Origin: the human T2T-CHM13v2.0 reference genome, Homo sapiens
Length of the DNA stretch: 64,000 nt
Strand: one strand, 5' to 3'
Assembly (NCBI RefSeq): GCF_009914755.1
Contig: NC_060930.1
The notes under the pieces are model-generated. The model saw only the letters and a list, made by a program, of their open reading frames with translations, was not told the origin of the DNA and made no database searches. Shown here piece by piece: positions 60,690-64,000 of this stretch (positions are counted from its first letter, which is position 1; each line of letters starts with the position of its first letter). The position numbers and the translations under genes are program-made.

Positions 60690-61250
60690 CCTACACAGAG
60701 AACACAAGCAAGAGACAAAGAAATACATACACACAAAGAGAAACAGAGACTGAAAGATGCAGGGAAATAAACAACATAAACATAAAATATAGACAAAGAA
60801 AAAGACAATGGACAGATGGAATGACAGAGAAAAAATGGCAGTGAGGCACACAGGCCAGTAGAGAGATGGAAGGGGGGAAAAGAGGTGGACAGAGAGACAA
60901 CCCAAGAGGCAGATAATAAATTATATATACACACACATACATATACATATACACACACACATATATATGTAAGAGAGAGTCACAGAGAGAAAAAGAAACA
61001 GCGATTCAGAGAAATGGATATAAGGGAAAATGCAAATCGAAGAAAGAAAAGCTATCAAATATATTAATGGGGAGGAGGTCTTTCAGACAGAGATAGAAAA
61101 GAGATTTGAAGAGAAAGGAAGAGACAAACAGTCAGAGAGAAATATAGAGTAGAATGAAACAGAAGTGCACTGACAGAAGGGAATGAGGGCAGAAGGGGGA
61201 GAGAAGGGTCAGAGAGAGAGAGGGAGGGAAATGAAAGAGAAGAGAGAAAA
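60690..61250. repeat. GA-rich low-complexity tract with (CA/TA)n
   Basis: Strongly purine-biased degenerate (AG)n sequence. Confidence 0.8.
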
Positions 61251-61869
61251 AGGTCCCATTTGTGTCCAGTATCTAAGCGTTTTTCAGAAGCTAAATTCAC
61301 CTAGAAACTTTGATTGCATGAGCCCCAAAATTAATTTTTCCCCTTAAGATGGTCTAATAGAGTTTCCATTATAAGCTACCAAAATACTACTTTCTAATAA
61401 AACCTCCATTGGTAATTATACAATTGGGGAGGTTGGATGGAATCAACAATCATTGTCTTTTGCCCTGAAGAACACGGTGTGCTCACCAGAAGATATTTGT
61501 GGTGCCGTTTGGTTAAGTTATGGCATTAGGTACCATGACTGGTGCAAAACAATTCTACTTGCACAAATAAGTGAAACTAATCAGACTATTGCAGAAGCCA
61601 GGAAAGACTGCTGCACACAATCCCAACTTCCAAGCCCCACTGATAATGGAAAATTAAATTTATTTCATATCTCATTTCACATTCTTATGTAGCACCTGAC
61701 TTAGACCAAGTATGGGGACTCATGATTTTTGAGTGTCCTTTCCTGGACATTGTCTTCTTTGGGGGTCATAACTGAACTAAAGTTCTAGAATCTGATCCCT
61801 TTCTTAGCTCAATGTTTCCCACCAACACCACTACCCTACTCAATCAGAATTAGAAACACAAGTGACTCA

Positions 61870-62449
61870 CAAATCTATTTAATTTTGAAAAACTAATTAT
61901 TGAATTATAAGAAGTTTGACATTTAGTTCATGATCAGTCTTCAGAAACAGAAGAAGGTAGTAAAAGCTTATGAAAGTACTTATGGTCCAAACAGGGACAG
62001 CAGACAGCAGAGAGCAGAGCTCTCATTATCATGGTAGTGAGCAAACATTTAGGAAATTTCTTGCAGGCAGGAATTTAGGAAAGACAAGAACAAGCAACAA
62101 CCTGGCAGCCACTTCTCAGTCACCATGGGAGTCATGTCCTGATGGGTGACACAGCTGGCAGAAATGGCTTGCTCACAGGCCTGACAGAAGAGTAGCTGGG
62201 AATTACAGACAAGAGTAAAGCCAAGACAAGACAAGAAAGAGGTGACAGATCCCAGAAAGAAAAATGTTTGCAGTCAATGCGTGAGCCCTCTAGGAGACAG
62301 AAGAAACAATCACATGTCACACCAACCCCTGAAGAAACACAGTCCCTCCCTCCCTTGGGGCCTCTCTGCAGTTGTCAGGACACTAAGGTTGAGCTTATGT
62401 CAACACCTGCTCCTCGTTACCTTTCCTGGTAACTGAGTAGAGATGGCAA
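61870..62449 (-). pseudogene. 3' remnants of an MHC class II beta pseudogene (end of TM exon, terminal exon, 3' UTR); probably HLA-DQB3
   Basis: Minus strand: ...CCAGGAAAG|gtaacg donor at 62421/62420; pyrimidine tract then ag|GGCTCACGCATTGA (62287-62274; recalled DQB1 last exon GGCTCCTGCACTGA); aattcccagct in the UTR; ATTAAA at ~61878-61883. Confidence 0.65.
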
Positions 62450-64000
62450 CAGGAATGCCTCATTTTATTGTGCTATGCTTTGTTGTGCTTCTCAAATATT
62501 GTGGTTTTTTAAAAATTGAAGGGTTGCACCAAGCAAGTCTATCAGCACCATTTCACCAACAGCATGTCCTCACTTTGTGTCTCTGTGTCATATGTTCGTA
62601 ATTCTTGTAATATTTCACGTTTTCATTACTATTACATGTCGATCTGTGATCAGTGACGTTTGATGTTACTGTTGTAATTGTTTTGGGGCACCATGAACTG
62701 AACCCATATAAGACAATCAACTTTATTGTTAGATGTTGTGTATGTTCAGACTGCTCCACTGACCAGCCATCCTCCCTCTCTTTCGCCCTCTCCTCAGGCC
62801 TCCCTATTCCCTAAGAACACAAGAACATTAAAATTGGGCCAGTTAGTAACCCTACAATGGCCTCTAAGTAAAGTCACTTGTCTCTCACTTTAAATCAAAA
62901 GCTAGACATGATTAAGCTTAGTGAAGAAGACAGGTCAAAAGCCAAGATGGGCTAAAATCTAGGTCTCTTGCTTTCAACAATTAGTCAAGTTGTGAAAGCA
63001 AAGGAAAAGGTCTTGAAGGAAAGAAATTAAAACTGCTACTCAAGTGAACATACAAATGATAAGAAAGTAAAACAGTCTTATTGCTGATGTGGAAAAAGTT
63101 TGAGTGATCTGGATCGATCAAACCAGCCACAACATTCCCTTAAGCCAAAGTCTAATCCAGAGAAAGGCCCTCATTCTCTTTAGTTCTATGAAGGCTGAGA
63201 GATGTGAGGAAGCTGCAGGAAAAAAGTCTGAATCTAGCAGAGGTTGATTCATGAGGCTTAAGGAAAAAAGCCACCTTCATAATACCAAAGTACAAGATGA
63301 TGTAGCAAGTGGTGATATAGAAGCTGTAGCAATTTATCCAGAAGATCTAGCTAAGATCACTGATGAAGGTGGCCATATTAAATCATAGATTTTCAATAGA
63401 GATGAAACAGCCTTCTATTGGAAGAAGGTGTCTTCTAGGATTTTCAGAGTTAGAGAGAAGTCAATGCTGGCTTCAAAACTTCAAAGATCAGGCTGACTCT
63501 CTTGCTAGGGACTAATGCAGCAGGTGGCTTTAAATTGAAGCCAGTGCTCATTTACCATTTCAAAAATACTAGGGCCCTTAAGAATTATGCTAAATCTACT
63601 CCGCCTGTGCTCTATAAATGAAACAACGAAGCCTGATAACAGCACACCTGTTTAAAATATAGTTGGCTGAATATTTTAAGCCTATTGTTGGGACCCATTG
63701 CCCAGACAAAGACATTCCTCTCAAAATACTACTACTCATTGACAAGGTACCTAGTCATCCAAGAGCTCTGATGAAGATGTACAAGGAGATGAGTGTTGTT
63801 TTCATGCCTGCTAATGCAACATCCATTCTGCAACTCATGGATCAAGGGGTAATTTTAACTTTCAAGTCGTGTTATTTAATATATTACATAAGGCTATTGC
63901 TGTCAGAGACAGTGATTCCTCTGATGGATCTGGGGAAAGCAAATTGAAAACCTTCTGAAAAGCCTTCACCATTCTAGATGTCATTGGGAACATTCATGAT
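62450..64000 (+). mobile_element. Tigger1 DNA transposon (runs off the window)
   Basis: TIR-like caggaatgcctcattttattgtgc; decayed pogo transposase ([17 protein letters not shown]...[20 protein letters not shown]). Confidence 0.93.

Noticed and set aside
60575-61300. Hydrophobic, Cys-rich ORFs
   Set aside because: Artefact of the GA/TC low-complexity tract.

Overview
Human MHC class II region (chromosome 6p21.3). The window opens inside exon 2 of HLA-DQB1 (minus strand; exon 2 residues match the DQB1*03:01/DQ7 group). It includes intron 1, exon 1 and the S-X-Y promoter, then about 60 kb of repeat-dense intergenic DNA towards HLA-DQB3/DQA2. That DNA holds Alu, L1, L2, MaLR/ERV LTRs, Tigger/MER DNA transposons, an old mitochondrial insertion (COX3 plus the 3' end of ATP6; MTCO3P1) and a decayed HERV-F-like env plus LTR. 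I see no intact novel gene or system, and almost all listed ORFs are repeat-derived. The most interesting observations are: (1) an inverted S-X-Y module about 1.9 kb upstream of DQB1, followed by what looks like a fossil class II alpha-chain leader exon; (2) a ~68-bp copy of the env immunosuppressive-domain sequence pasted into a Tigger element 4 kb from its apparent source; (3) the 3' exons of a class II beta pseudogene whose transmembrane exon is cut by Tigger1; (4) two L1 3' transductions, an internally deleted L1 and a fused inverted Alu pair. Repeat family names and reference comparisons come from recalled consensus sequences, and repeat boundaries are approximate.
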